From Candidatus Saccharimonadota bacterium (GTDB taxonomy: Bacteria > Patescibacteriota > Saccharimonadia > Saccharimonadales > Saccharimonadaceae), in NCBI GenBank assembly GCA_020160975.1, contig JAIUPJ010000001.1:900001-932000 (forward strand): DNA of 32,000 nt. Direction: 5' to 3'. Both the position numbers and the translations under genes were made by a program. The notes under the pieces are model-generated. The model was not told the origin of the DNA, did not search any database, and saw only the letters and a list, made by a program, of their open reading frames with translations. Below, one piece after another: positions 15,060 to 23,501 of the stretch. Numbering within the stretch: the stretch's first letter is position 1; every line of letters starts with the position of its first letter.

Positions 15060-15082
15060 CTGTTCCTGTCAAGTCACGGGGG

Positions 15083-15091
15083 TGGTATACT
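15083..15091 (+). promoter_or_regulatory. extended -10 element TGgTATACT for the fba operon
   Basis: ggggTGgTATACTaagtaac lies 49 nt upstream of ATG 15141, with an AAAGGGG SD. Confidence 0.5.
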
Positions 15092-15140
15092 AAGTAACAG
15101 ATAAGCATGAGTAATTTCTAATCGATCAAAAGGGGTAAGT

Positions 15141-16052
15141 ATGGGCCTAACAATAGCTGAAATTCGTGACAGGACACTCAGGGCACGACACTTGATGCAG
15201 CGTAGCCGCAGCCAAAGCTTTGCGGTCGGTGCATTTAATATCGACAACCAAGAGACATTGATTGCGGTGTGCCGAGCGGCGCAGAAGCTCAATGCCCCAG
15301 TGCTTGTCGAAGTCAGTGACGGTGAAGTGAAAGCTCTAGGCCTCGAGAATATTCGTGACCTGGTGGACAACTACCGCGACGAATACGGTGTCGAAATCTA
15401 CATCAACCTCGACCATAGCCCTTCGGTCGAGGCTTGCAAACGCGCTATCGACGCCGGCTATGAATTTATCCACATCGACATCTCACAGGCAAATCACGAT
15501 GCGAGCGAAGAAGAAATTATTGCCAAGACAAAAGAAGTTGTTGAATACGCGAAATTTACTGGCGCGCTTGTAGAGAGTGAGCCTCATTACTTTGGTGGCA
15601 GCAGCAACCTCCACAAAGAAGAGATCGACTACGAGACCATCAAAAAAACCTTCAGCACACCTGAGGGAGCCAAGAGTTTCGTCGAAGCAACGGGCATCGA
15701 TACCTTTGCCGCAGCCATCGGCAATTTGCACGGCAAATACCCAGTACCAAAACAACTCGATCTTGAGCTACTACAGAGAATCCGTGGATCAATCGACTGT
15801 CAGATATCACTCCATGGTGGTTCAGGAACACCGCTTGAGCAGTTCCGTGCGGCGGCCGAGATTGGTGTCAGTAAGATCAATATTAACAGTGATATGCGCG
15901 TGGCTTTTCGGGATACTCTAGTAAAAGTTCTTCAGGATAACCCCGATGAATATGCCGTCGTCAAGCTCATGCCAGAGGTATATGAAGCGGTGCAGGTAGT
16001 GGTCGAAGAAAAGATCAACGCATTCGGGAGTGCAGGAAAGGCGGTGCGCTAA
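15141..16052 (+). CDS. fba: class II fructose/tagatose-bisphosphate aldolase
   Basis: FAVGAFNI, INLDHS, LHGGSGTP, KININSD: class II (metal-dependent) aldolase signature. AAGGGG SD. Confidence 0.9.
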   Translation: MGLTIAEIRDRTLRARHLMQRSRSQSFAVGAFNIDNQETLIAVCRAAQKLNAPVLVEVSDGEVKALGLENIRDLVDNYRDEYGVEIYINLDHSPSVEACKRAIDAGYEFIHIDISQANHDASEEEIIAKTKEVVEYAKFTGALVESEPHYFGGSSNLHKEEIDYETIKKTFSTPEGAKSFVEATGIDTFAAAIGNLHGKYPVPKQLDLELLQRIRGSIDCQISLHGGSGTPLEQFRAAAEIGVSKININSDMRVAFRDTLVKVLQDNPDEYAVVKLMPEVYEAVQVVVEEKINAFGSAGKAVR

Positions 16053-17035
16053 TGGTCAAAATATTGGCAATTGGCAAGGCAACGCAAGACGTATTTCTTC
16101 GCAGTGATGAATTTGACCCGCATAAACAAGGTCAGCGCCTGTATACTGAATTGCCGCTTGGGCTCAAGATGGAAGTCGAGGATGTGACATTTTGTACGGG
16201 TGGCAATGCGACCAATGTGGCTGTCACAATCGCACGGCAAGGCCTCGATAGTGCGTATTTGTGGGGGCTTGGTGAAGACCCAGCAAGTAATGCGATTTTA
16301 CACGAACTTGATGGTGAAGGTGTCAGTACCCAGCATGTTATCCAGCAACCAGAGTACCAATCAGGGTACTCGGTGATTATGATCGCCACCAATGGCGAAC
16401 GAACAATTCTAAATCATCGTGGACGGGCATTTGGCCGCACGGGTCGACACGGGTTTGATCTAGGGGTGATCAAGGAGTTTGACTGGGTATATCCGACTTC
16501 ACTAGGAGATGGCGGATTGCCGTTGTTGCGTGAAATTGTTGATGCGGCTGAAGCGGGTGGCGTAAAGGTGATGTTGAATCCAGCCGGGCCAGAACTTGCC
16601 GAGCCCGATAAACTCAAATCAATTCTCGAAAGTGTCGAAGTGCTCTGTGTTAATAAAGAGGAAATGAAAATGATAGTTCACGGGGAAACTCTGGAAGAGT
16701 TGGCACTGCATGCGCTTTCCTATGTCCCGGTGGCGATTGTCAGTGATGGGCCAAACGGTGTGGTGGCGACCGACGGGAAGACGATCGTTAGGGCGGGAAT
16801 GTACGAAGACGTGCCGGTGATCGATCGGACAGGAGCAGGCGATGCCTTTGCTAGTGGCTTTTTGAGCCAGTGGAGTCAGGGAAAGTCGCTCAAAGATTCG
16901 ATTGTCTTTGCCAGTGCCAATAGCACCAGTGTGGTAACTAAAATTGGCGCCAAAACGGGGATACTGCGCAAGGACGCACGGCTGCACGAGATGCCAATTC
17001 ATGAATCACCAGTCAATCAGCGAGGAACGAAATAA
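16052..17035 (+). CDS. PfkB-family (ribokinase-like) carbohydrate kinase
   Basis: GGNATNVAV lid motif and DRTGAGDAFASGF catalytic/anion-hole motif. The start overlaps the fba stop by 1 nt (TAATG). Confidence 0.85.
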   Translation: MVKILAIGKATQDVFLRSDEFDPHKQGQRLYTELPLGLKMEVEDVTFCTGGNATNVAVTIARQGLDSAYLWGLGEDPASNAILHELDGEGVSTQHVIQQPEYQSGYSVIMIATNGERTILNHRGRAFGRTGRHGFDLGVIKEFDWVYPTSLGDGGLPLLREIVDAAEAGGVKVMLNPAGPELAEPDKLKSILESVEVLCVNKEEMKMIVHGETLEELALHALSYVPVAIVSDGPNGVVATDGKTIVRAGMYEDVPVIDRTGAGDAFASGFLSQWSQGKSLKDSIVFASANSTSVVTKIGAKTGILRKDARLHEMPIHESPVNQRGTK

Positions 17036-18531
17036 TGGCAAAGTTTTTGCGCGAGATTCTCCAGGCACGTGAACCAGCATTTAGCCAAGCGATTCGGCAG
17101 CTCGAAGGGATGACTGGGCGACGTGGCACCGATGTAGCCTATGTGGCAGATATTCTGGCCCGGGCTCATGCAGTGATGCGTCAAATTGGGCTTGACCCGG
17201 CCGACACAACGGCGCTGGAATTATACAAAGCGTTGGGGGCCCATAGCGCCTCGGCGACATTATTCCACAGTACTGATGACGTTGCACTTTTGATTGATGG
17301 CCACGTAGTGTCCTTTAATCACGACGATATTCATGAGAATCTCAGCAAGACATTTGAACTGCGTACCGCCAAGCATGTTCGTTGTCAGATTCAGCATGGT
17401 ATGACGGCACGCTATGTGGCGGCCGATGGCGACAATGAAGTGGCTATCCAGGAAATTGTGGCGCAAGCCGGCATGAATATTTGTGACTTGAGCGACTATC
17501 ACGAACAAAAAGTTGCCAGTAAGCGAGCAGTTGAAAAAAAGCCGTACCTTCTATTTATCGGTGACATTTTTACCGATGCATTTATTCAGCTGGACGAAAA
17601 GTCGTCTAAGGTTATTGTTGAGGATGACGGGAAAAAATGGCTGGCGGTGCCATACGGTCAAAAGCCAAAGTACGAGCGAGTCGATATCGTGCGTTCAGTT
17701 GGCCCCGCGCCAAATGCTGCTGTATCCTGTTCGCGGCTAGGCCTTGATGCGGGCCTCATGGCTTGGGTAGGTGGCGATGACGTCGGCAAAGAAGCATTAA
17801 GTCATTTGACAAGAGAAGGTGTGAGCACTGAGCCGATGGTTGTTGAGCGCGACAAAGCTACGAGCTACTGGTACGTGCTTCGCTACAACGCCGATCGCAC
17901 TATGCTGGTAAAAAGTGAAAAATACCAATATAAATGGCAAGCGCCAAAGACTACCCCTGATTGGGTATACTTGTCGTATATTGGGGAAGATTCCTGGTCG
18001 TTGCACGAAAGTCTGCTTGATTATCTGGAAATCACACCGAATACGAAATTGGTGTTTCAGCCCGGTACATTTCACTTCGCGTGGGGGCCAAAGAAACTAA
18101 AGCGTTTGTATGCGCGAGCACACATTGTAATTGTCAATCGAGAAGAAGCAGTCGACATTACGGGCGCAGACTATCATTCACTGCGTGGGCTGGCTGATGC
18201 CTTACATGCGATTGGCCCTGAAATTGTAGTGATCACCGACGGCCCCGACGGCTCTTACGCATCTCATGACGGCAAGCTCTATCAGATGCCAAACTATCCT
18301 GACCCCGTACCGCCAAAAGAGCGCACAGGAGCAGGTGATGCCTTTGCGTCAACGTTTGTGGCCGCACTTGCCATTGGTAAGTCAATCGACGAAGCATTGT
18401 CATGGGCGCCGATCAACAGCATGAACGTCGTCCAGCACATTGGCGCTCAGGCAGGACTATTGAAGCGATCAAGCTTGCTGCAGTTCTTAAAAGATGCACC
18501 TAAAAACTACAAAATAAAGGAGATTGAGTAA
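17035..18531 (+). CDS. PfkB-family carbohydrate kinase fused to an uncharacterised ~170-aa N-terminal domain
   Basis: The C-terminal ~325 aa is PfkB-like (VGPAPNAAVS in place of GG..N; ERTGAGDAFASTF). I do not recognise the N-terminal ~170 aa (MAKFLREILQAREPAF...DLSDYHEQ). The start overlaps the upstream stop by 1 nt (TAATG). Confidence 0.8.
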   Translation: MAKFLREILQAREPAFSQAIRQLEGMTGRRGTDVAYVADILARAHAVMRQIGLDPADTTALELYKALGAHSASATLFHSTDDVALLIDGHVVSFNHDDIHENLSKTFELRTAKHVRCQIQHGMTARYVAADGDNEVAIQEIVAQAGMNICDLSDYHEQKVASKRAVEKKPYLLFIGDIFTDAFIQLDEKSSKVIVEDDGKKWLAVPYGQKPKYERVDIVRSVGPAPNAAVSCSRLGLDAGLMAWVGGDDVGKEALSHLTREGVSTEPMVVERDKATSYWYVLRYNADRTMLVKSEKYQYKWQAPKTTPDWVYLSYIGEDSWSLHESLLDYLEITPNTKLVFQPGTFHFAWGPKKLKRLYARAHIVIVNREEAVDITGADYHSLRGLADALHAIGPEIVVITDGPDGSYASHDGKLYQMPNYPDPVPPKERTGAGDAFASTFVAALAIGKSIDEALSWAPINSMNVVQHIGAQAGLLKRSSLLQFLKDAPKNYKIKEIE

Positions 18532-18532
18532 T

Positions 18533-19156
18533 ATGCGATATCAGATTTGCGTATCAGGCGCAGCAGCAGGAGAAACTGTCGGCACTTCGCATGATCAGGC
18601 GTTTGCACTTGGAGTTGAGATTGCAAAAGCCGGCAAGACGCTATTGACCGGCGCAACTGTTGGCCTGCCTCACTATGCGGCGATGGGGTTCACTGGCGTA
18701 AAAAATGCGAAAGGCTCATCAATCGGTTTTAGTCCGGCTAGTAGCTTCCGTGAGCATGTCGCGACGTATCGACTGCCAACCAAAGAGTTTGACTATATCA
18801 ATTTCACCGGTATGGAATATGTTGGGCGCGATGTGCATCTGGTACGCAGCGCTGACGCGGTGATTACCGTTGGAGGACGCATGGGGTCACTTCACGAACT
18901 GGCAACTGCCCTGGAAAGCCGTAAAGTGTGTGGGGTATTGCTCGGGTCGGGCGGCCTGGCTGATTACGCAGCAACGCTACTCAAGCATATCGAGGCACCA
19001 GGCGGCAAAGACGTGCTGTTCGACACCGATCCGAAACGATTGGTGGCAAAGGTGGTGGCTGAGCTTGACAAAAAATATGCTGATTTTCACGACATAGATT
19101 ATGAGCGGGACTACGCAAGGGCAGAGGTGCCAAAGCTGACAAACCGTCGAGGCTAG
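18533..19156 (+). CDS. LOG/SLOG-superfamily protein, TIGR00725-like (lysine-decarboxylase-like fold)
   Basis: ICVSGAA...A..LG.EIAKAGKTLLTGATVG...SADAVITVGGRMGSLHELATAL...GVLLGSGGLAD resembles the TIGR00725/LOG Rossmann pattern (GGxGT.xE replaced by GGRMGSLHE). ATG 18533 is preferred over TTG 18524 because AAGGAG sits at 18517-18522. Confidence 0.72.
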   Translation: MRYQICVSGAAAGETVGTSHDQAFALGVEIAKAGKTLLTGATVGLPHYAAMGFTGVKNAKGSSIGFSPASSFREHVATYRLPTKEFDYINFTGMEYVGRDVHLVRSADAVITVGGRMGSLHELATALESRKVCGVLLGSGGLADYAATLLKHIEAPGGKDVLFDTDPKRLVAKVVAELDKKYADFHDIDYERDYARAEVPKLTNRRG

Positions 19157-19186
19157 CAGCAAGATGGCGGGAGCAATGGTACATAG

Positions 19187-19192
19187 TATAAT
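19187..19192 (+). promoter_or_regulatory. -10 element TATAAT, 6 nt before the uvrB ATG (leaderless configuration)
   Basis: Sequence reads acatagTATAATagaaggATG. Confidence 0.45.
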
Positions 19193-19198
19193 AGAAGG

Positions 19199-21166
19199 AT
19201 GAGCAAATTCCGCCTGGCTTCAAACTACCGACCAACTGGCGACCAGCCGACGGCGATCGCGGCTTTGGTAATGGGGCTAGAAAAAGGAGACAAGGAGCAA
19301 ACGCTCTTGGGTGTGACAGGGTCGGGTAAGACGTTTACCATGGCGAATATTATTGCCAAACGCAATGTTCCGACACTTGTGTTAGCGCACAATAAAACAC
19401 TTGCGGCACAGCTCTATAGCGAGTTCAAATCATTTTTTCCCGACAACGAAGTTCATTATTTTGTGAGCTACTTTGATTATTATCAGCCAGAAGCCTATAT
19501 CGCCAGCAGTGATACGTATATTGAGAAAGACAGTGCCATCAATGAAGAAATTGACCGACTTCGTCACGCAGCCACAAGCGCACTCTTGACGCGTCGCGAT
19601 ACGATCATAGTGGCCAGTGTGAGCTGTATTTATGGTATCGGTTCGCCCGATGATTATGCCGAAATGTCAATTACGGTGCAGCGCGGTGAACGCCGTGTGC
19701 AAGACAAATTTGTGCGACAACTGACTGATATCCAGTATCATCGCAACGACATTGATTTTGCACGCGGAACATTTCGGGTGCGTGGAGACGTAGTCGATAT
19801 ATTTCCCGCTGGTCATGATTCGGCTTATCGTATCGAATTTTTTGGTGATACAGTAGATCGCATCACCAATATTGATCCACTTACTGGTGAAATATTACAT
19901 GAGCCAGAATATGTAAAAATCTTTCCATCGAGTCACTACGTCACTCCGAAGGACAAGGTTGCGCGAGCAATTGAAAACATCAAACTCGAATTTGAGTCAC
20001 GCATGGCATGGTTTGAGAAGCACGATAAATATCTGGAAGCGCAGCGTTTGGCGCAGCGTACCAAATTTGACCTTGAGATGCTCGAAGAAACAGGCTTTGT
20101 GAAAGGTATCGAAAACTATAGCCGCTATCTCACCAACCGAGAGCCTGGCGAGCAACCAGCAACATTGCTCGATTATTTCCCTGATGACTTTTTGTTGTTT
20201 GTGGACGAAAGTCACGTTACCTTGCCACAGGTACGAGGCATGTATAACGGTGACCGCGCGCGTAAAGAGATTTTGGTCGAGTATGGGTTTCGGTTGCCAA
20301 GTGCACTTGATAACCGCCCATTGAAGTTTGAAGAATTTGACCGGCACATCAACCAGGCGATATTTGTTTCTGCAACGCCAGGGCCATATGAAAAAGAGCA
20401 TACACCAGAGATGGTACAGCAAATTATTCGCCCAACCGGCCTGCTCGACCCGCCGATTGATGTGCGCGGCAGTGAGGGTCAGATCGACGATCTGATCGCT
20501 GAGATTCGTGACCGCACAGCCAAACATCAACGCGTGCTAGTGACGACACTTACCAAGCGAATGGCAGAGGATCTCAGCCAGCACCTGATTGATATTGGTA
20601 TAAAAACGGCGTACATTCACAGCGATATTGATACGCTGGAGCGTGGTGATATTTTGCGAGATCTTCGTATGGGTGTCTATGACGTGCTGGTAGGGATTAA
20701 TCTTTTGCGCGAAGGGCTTGATTTGCCTGAGGTATCACTGGTAGCGATTATTGATGCCGACAAAGAGGGGTTTTTGCGCAGTGAGGGCGCGCTAATCCAG
20801 ACAATTGGGCGCGCAGCTCGCCATGTCGAAGGATCGGTGATTATGTATGCCGACAATGTGACAGATAGCATGCGACGCGCGATCGACGAGACGAACCGGC
20901 GCCGAGAGATCCAGCATGAGTATAACGTCAAGCATGGGATCACACCGCGTGGTGTCGACAAAGCAATAGACGAAGGGCTACGCGCGATTATTCCGCAAAA
21001 GGAAGATACAAAGAACAAACTTAACCTCAATAAAATTCCAAAAGATGAATACGGTAGCTTGGTGAAAGACCTCGAAGGCCAGATGAAACTAGCCAGCGCT
21101 AATCTTGAGTTCGAGCGGGCCGCCGAACTGCGCGATCTGATTGCAGATATAAAAAGCAAAATGTAA
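19199..21166 (+). CDS. uvrB: excinuclease ABC subunit B
   Basis: Walker [15 protein letters not shown] box (VDESHVT), beta-hairpin region YYQPEAY, C-terminal UVR domain ([11 protein letters not shown]). Confidence 0.97.
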   Translation: MSKFRLASNYRPTGDQPTAIAALVMGLEKGDKEQTLLGVTGSGKTFTMANIIAKRNVPTLVLAHNKTLAAQLYSEFKSFFPDNEVHYFVSYFDYYQPEAYIASSDTYIEKDSAINEEIDRLRHAATSALLTRRDTIIVASVSCIYGIGSPDDYAEMSITVQRGERRVQDKFVRQLTDIQYHRNDIDFARGTFRVRGDVVDIFPAGHDSAYRIEFFGDTVDRITNIDPLTGEILHEPEYVKIFPSSHYVTPKDKVARAIENIKLEFESRMAWFEKHDKYLEAQRLAQRTKFDLEMLEETGFVKGIENYSRYLTNREPGEQPATLLDYFPDDFLLFVDESHVTLPQVRGMYNGDRARKEILVEYGFRLPSALDNRPLKFEEFDRHINQAIFVSATPGPYEKEHTPEMVQQIIRPTGLLDPPIDVRGSEGQIDDLIAEIRDRTAKHQRVLVTTLTKRMAEDLSQHLIDIGIKTAYIHSDIDTLERGDILRDLRMGVYDVLVGINLLREGLDLPEVSLVAIIDADKEGFLRSEGALIQTIGRAARHVEGSVIMYADNVTDSMRRAIDETNRRREIQHEYNVKHGITPRGVDKAIDEGLRAIIPQKEDTKNKLNLNKIPKDEYGSLVKDLEGQMKLASANLEFERAAELRDLIADIKSKM

Positions 21167-21367
21167 CTCACCCCTCAGACCACACCGCTCGAACCGCAGT
21201 GATAGCACTCATCTGTTATGCTGCAAGCTGTTTGGTATGTCGCTCAAATCATCGTGATCAAGTAAATTCTTGAGGTAACCCAAGGAGTCAAAGTTAGACC
21301 AGTGCGAAGAATAATGATGTTCACCCCGCACCAGACAGCTTTTTCGGCACTTTATAATCCACGGTAG

Positions 21368-23134
21368 CTATTCCTGCGAGACGATCAGTACAGTATATGC
21401 AGGCAGAGAGATGGTAGCGAGTGACTGATCATCGGTCGTAATATGCTCGATGGAAACATTTGCAAAATCGCTGCTGTAGCCACTCCAGGTGCTGTTGAAC
21501 CGAACTTTCCATGCCCCGGAGCGTGGCAATGTGAGCTGGTAAGTTGTGAAATTCTGGTCACTAATATTTGCGACAACTAGCACGTCATCACCTGGGCCAC
21601 CATCCTGCCATCGATGGTATCCGATAACTCCATTGTTATCATCCTGGTGAAAAATAGCGGTGTGTTGGCCAAGCAGACCAGCGGTATTGTGATGGTGGTT
21701 GAGCCGAAGATCAATCAAATGACGATGAGCGGTGATAATTCCAGCGTGCTTGGTCGCTTGCTCCCACTCTAGTGCTTCCCAGTCATTGAAAGCGCCTTTT
21801 TGCAAAAATTCACTACCCTGGAGAAGCATAGGGATACCCGGACCGGTGAGCATGAGGCTATTGGCAAGCAGGAGCGTTTGGCGGGCTTCCAGGCTGGTAG
21901 GATCCTGAGGATTGATGGCGTCGTTAAGGCGTACTGATCCATTAGCCGCAGTGTCGTGCGAATCGCTGAAGATGACTTTCTCAAATACATTGCCGTTATA
22001 CGATTTTTCGAGCACATTACGAATACTAGCAAGCGTACGAGGATGGTTAGGTGTCACGCCCAGGGAATCTCGTACCGCATGCGGAAAGCTTAGCTCCCAC
22101 TGCGCATCAAATGCACACCCATTGTCGGCTCGTGCCTTGGTGAGGAAGGCGCTATTGGCGCAATCCTCAGCGATCATGATAGCCTGGGGATTGATTTTGT
22201 GGGCAAGCGCCACGATGTCTTGCAGAAGAAACCATGCATCGGGAATATCATGTGCTGGATCATTGTCGCGTCCTTCGGTATTTCTCATGTATATTGTCGA
22301 GTCAATACGTAGTCCATCGAGTCGGTATTCAGTTAGCCACATAGTTATATTATCGAGTATAAATTGGCGCACTTCCGGCCTACCATAATCTGGCCGGCCT
22401 CCCCATGGCGTGTCGCCACGCTCGTCGTTGTAGAAGTAGATGCCGCCGCGGTTGTTTTCGCTCCAGCCGTCAAATTGCCACAAATCAGTATTGCCAGAAA
22501 AATGATTGTAGACGACATCGAGAATTACTCCTATGCCGCGTTTGTGAGCCTCGCGCACAAATTTCATCAATCCATGACGTCCGCCGAGCATCGCCTCGAC
22601 GCTATAGATATAATTTGGCGCGTAGCCCCATCCATTGCTGTACGCCATGCTAGTAACGGGCATTAGTTCAATCATGTTGACGCCGAGATCACTTAAGTAG
22701 TCGAGCTTTTCAATCGCAGAATCAAATGTGCCAGGCGTGGAGGCATCGGGACGGTGAAAGGTGCCGACATGCAGTTCGTAAATCACTTGCTGATCATGAG
22801 GCGGAGGAACGAATGTGACATCCTCCCAGTCAAACGTGTCGTCGACAATCACACTTAAGCCCTGGTCGCTGCTCGTGATTGCGCGCGCTCGAGGGTCGTT
22901 TTTCTCGATTACATTCGTCCCGGTTTTAATTAAGTATTTGTAGACATGACCGGGCTCAACGTCATCGATTGTCACTGACCAATACCCGTCCTGCTCGCTC
23001 TCAAGCGGAATGGGATGGTCGGGCGTGAAGGTTCCGGCAATTTGTATTGCGCTCGCAAACGGTGCCCACAGCCGAAATTCGGCACGTTTGCCGCGGAGGG
23101 TGACGCCCATGTTTTTTTTGACTTGGTGAGGCAT
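21368..23134 (-). CDS. GH13 alpha-glucan-active enzyme with N-terminal CBM48-like domain (branching-enzyme / TreZ-like; specificity unresolved)
   Basis: GH13 conserved regions ILDVVYNHF, DGLRIDS, MIAED and FSDSHD. The N-terminal beta-sandwich segment FRLWAP.A..I.IAG.F...W is CBM48-like. Confidence 0.82.
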   Translation of the reverse strand: MPHQVKKNMGVTLRGKRAEFRLWAPFASAIQIAGTFTPDHPIPLESEQDGYWSVTIDDVEPGHVYKYLIKTGTNVIEKNDPRARAITSSDQGLSVIVDDTFDWEDVTFVPPPHDQQVIYELHVGTFHRPDASTPGTFDSAIEKLDYLSDLGVNMIELMPVTSMAYSNGWGYAPNYIYSVEAMLGGRHGLMKFVREAHKRGIGVILDVVYNHFSGNTDLWQFDGWSENNRGGIYFYNDERGDTPWGGRPDYGRPEVRQFILDNITMWLTEYRLDGLRIDSTIYMRNTEGRDNDPAHDIPDAWFLLQDIVALAHKINPQAIMIAEDCANSAFLTKARADNGCAFDAQWELSFPHAVRDSLGVTPNHPRTLASIRNVLEKSYNGNVFEKVIFSDSHDTAANGSVRLNDAINPQDPTSLEARQTLLLANSLMLTGPGIPMLLQGSEFLQKGAFNDWEALEWEQATKHAGIITAHRHLIDLRLNHHHNTAGLLGQHTAIFHQDDNNGVIGYHRWQDGGPGDDVLVVANISDQNFTTYQLTLPRSGAWKVRFNSTWSGYSSDFANVSIEHITTDDQSLATISLPAYTVLIVSQE

Positions 23135-23142
23135 ATGTTATT

Positions 23143-23148
23143 AGTATA
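23143..23148 (-). promoter_or_regulatory. -10 element TATACT, 8 nt before the GH13 ATG
   Basis: The minus strand reads gctttATACT context: tgctTTATACTaataacatATG, with the hexamer TATACT (plus-strand agtata at 23143-23148). Confidence 0.4.
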
Positions 23149-23174
23149 AAGCATAAGTAGTATCATATACATCT

Positions 23175-23202
23175 TTGAGAGCAGTAAAGGCTAGGGTATA
23201 AT
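23175..23202 (+). promoter_or_regulatory. promoter TTGAGA-16-TATAAT, 8 nt before the gatC ATG (leaderless or near-leaderless)
   Basis: TTGAGA at 23175-23180, a 16-nt spacer, TATAAT at 23197-23202, aagaggca, then ATG 23211. Confidence 0.6.
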
Positions 23203-23210
23203 AAGAGGCA

Positions 23211-23501
23211 ATGAGTACAATCTCTACCGATGATGTGCGGCATCTCGCCGCGTTGAGTAATTTGCAGCTGAGCGATGATGAAGTGACGGCGCTCCAGCTT
23301 GATCTTGGCAACATTCTGACGTATATCGAACAGCTCGGATCGCTTGACACCTCACACGTGGAGCCCACCTACCAGGTGACTGGTCTTGAAAATGTCTGGC
23401 GCGATGACACAGTACGGGAAAGCACCGTGACTCGTGAGGATTTGCTGGCACTTGCACCCGAGCAAGCAGACCAGAGCGTAAAGGTACCAAAAGTACTATG
23501 A
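23211..23501 (+). CDS. gatC: Asp-tRNA(Asn)/Glu-tRNA(Gln) amidotransferase subunit C
   Basis: ISTDDVRHLAALSNLQLSDDEV...L..IL.YIEQL..LDTS.VEPT: typical GatC. The stop overlaps the gatA start (ATGA). Confidence 0.9.
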   Translation: MSTISTDDVRHLAALSNLQLSDDEVTALQLDLGNILTYIEQLGSLDTSHVEPTYQVTGLENVWRDDTVRESTVTREDLLALAPEQADQSVKVPKVL

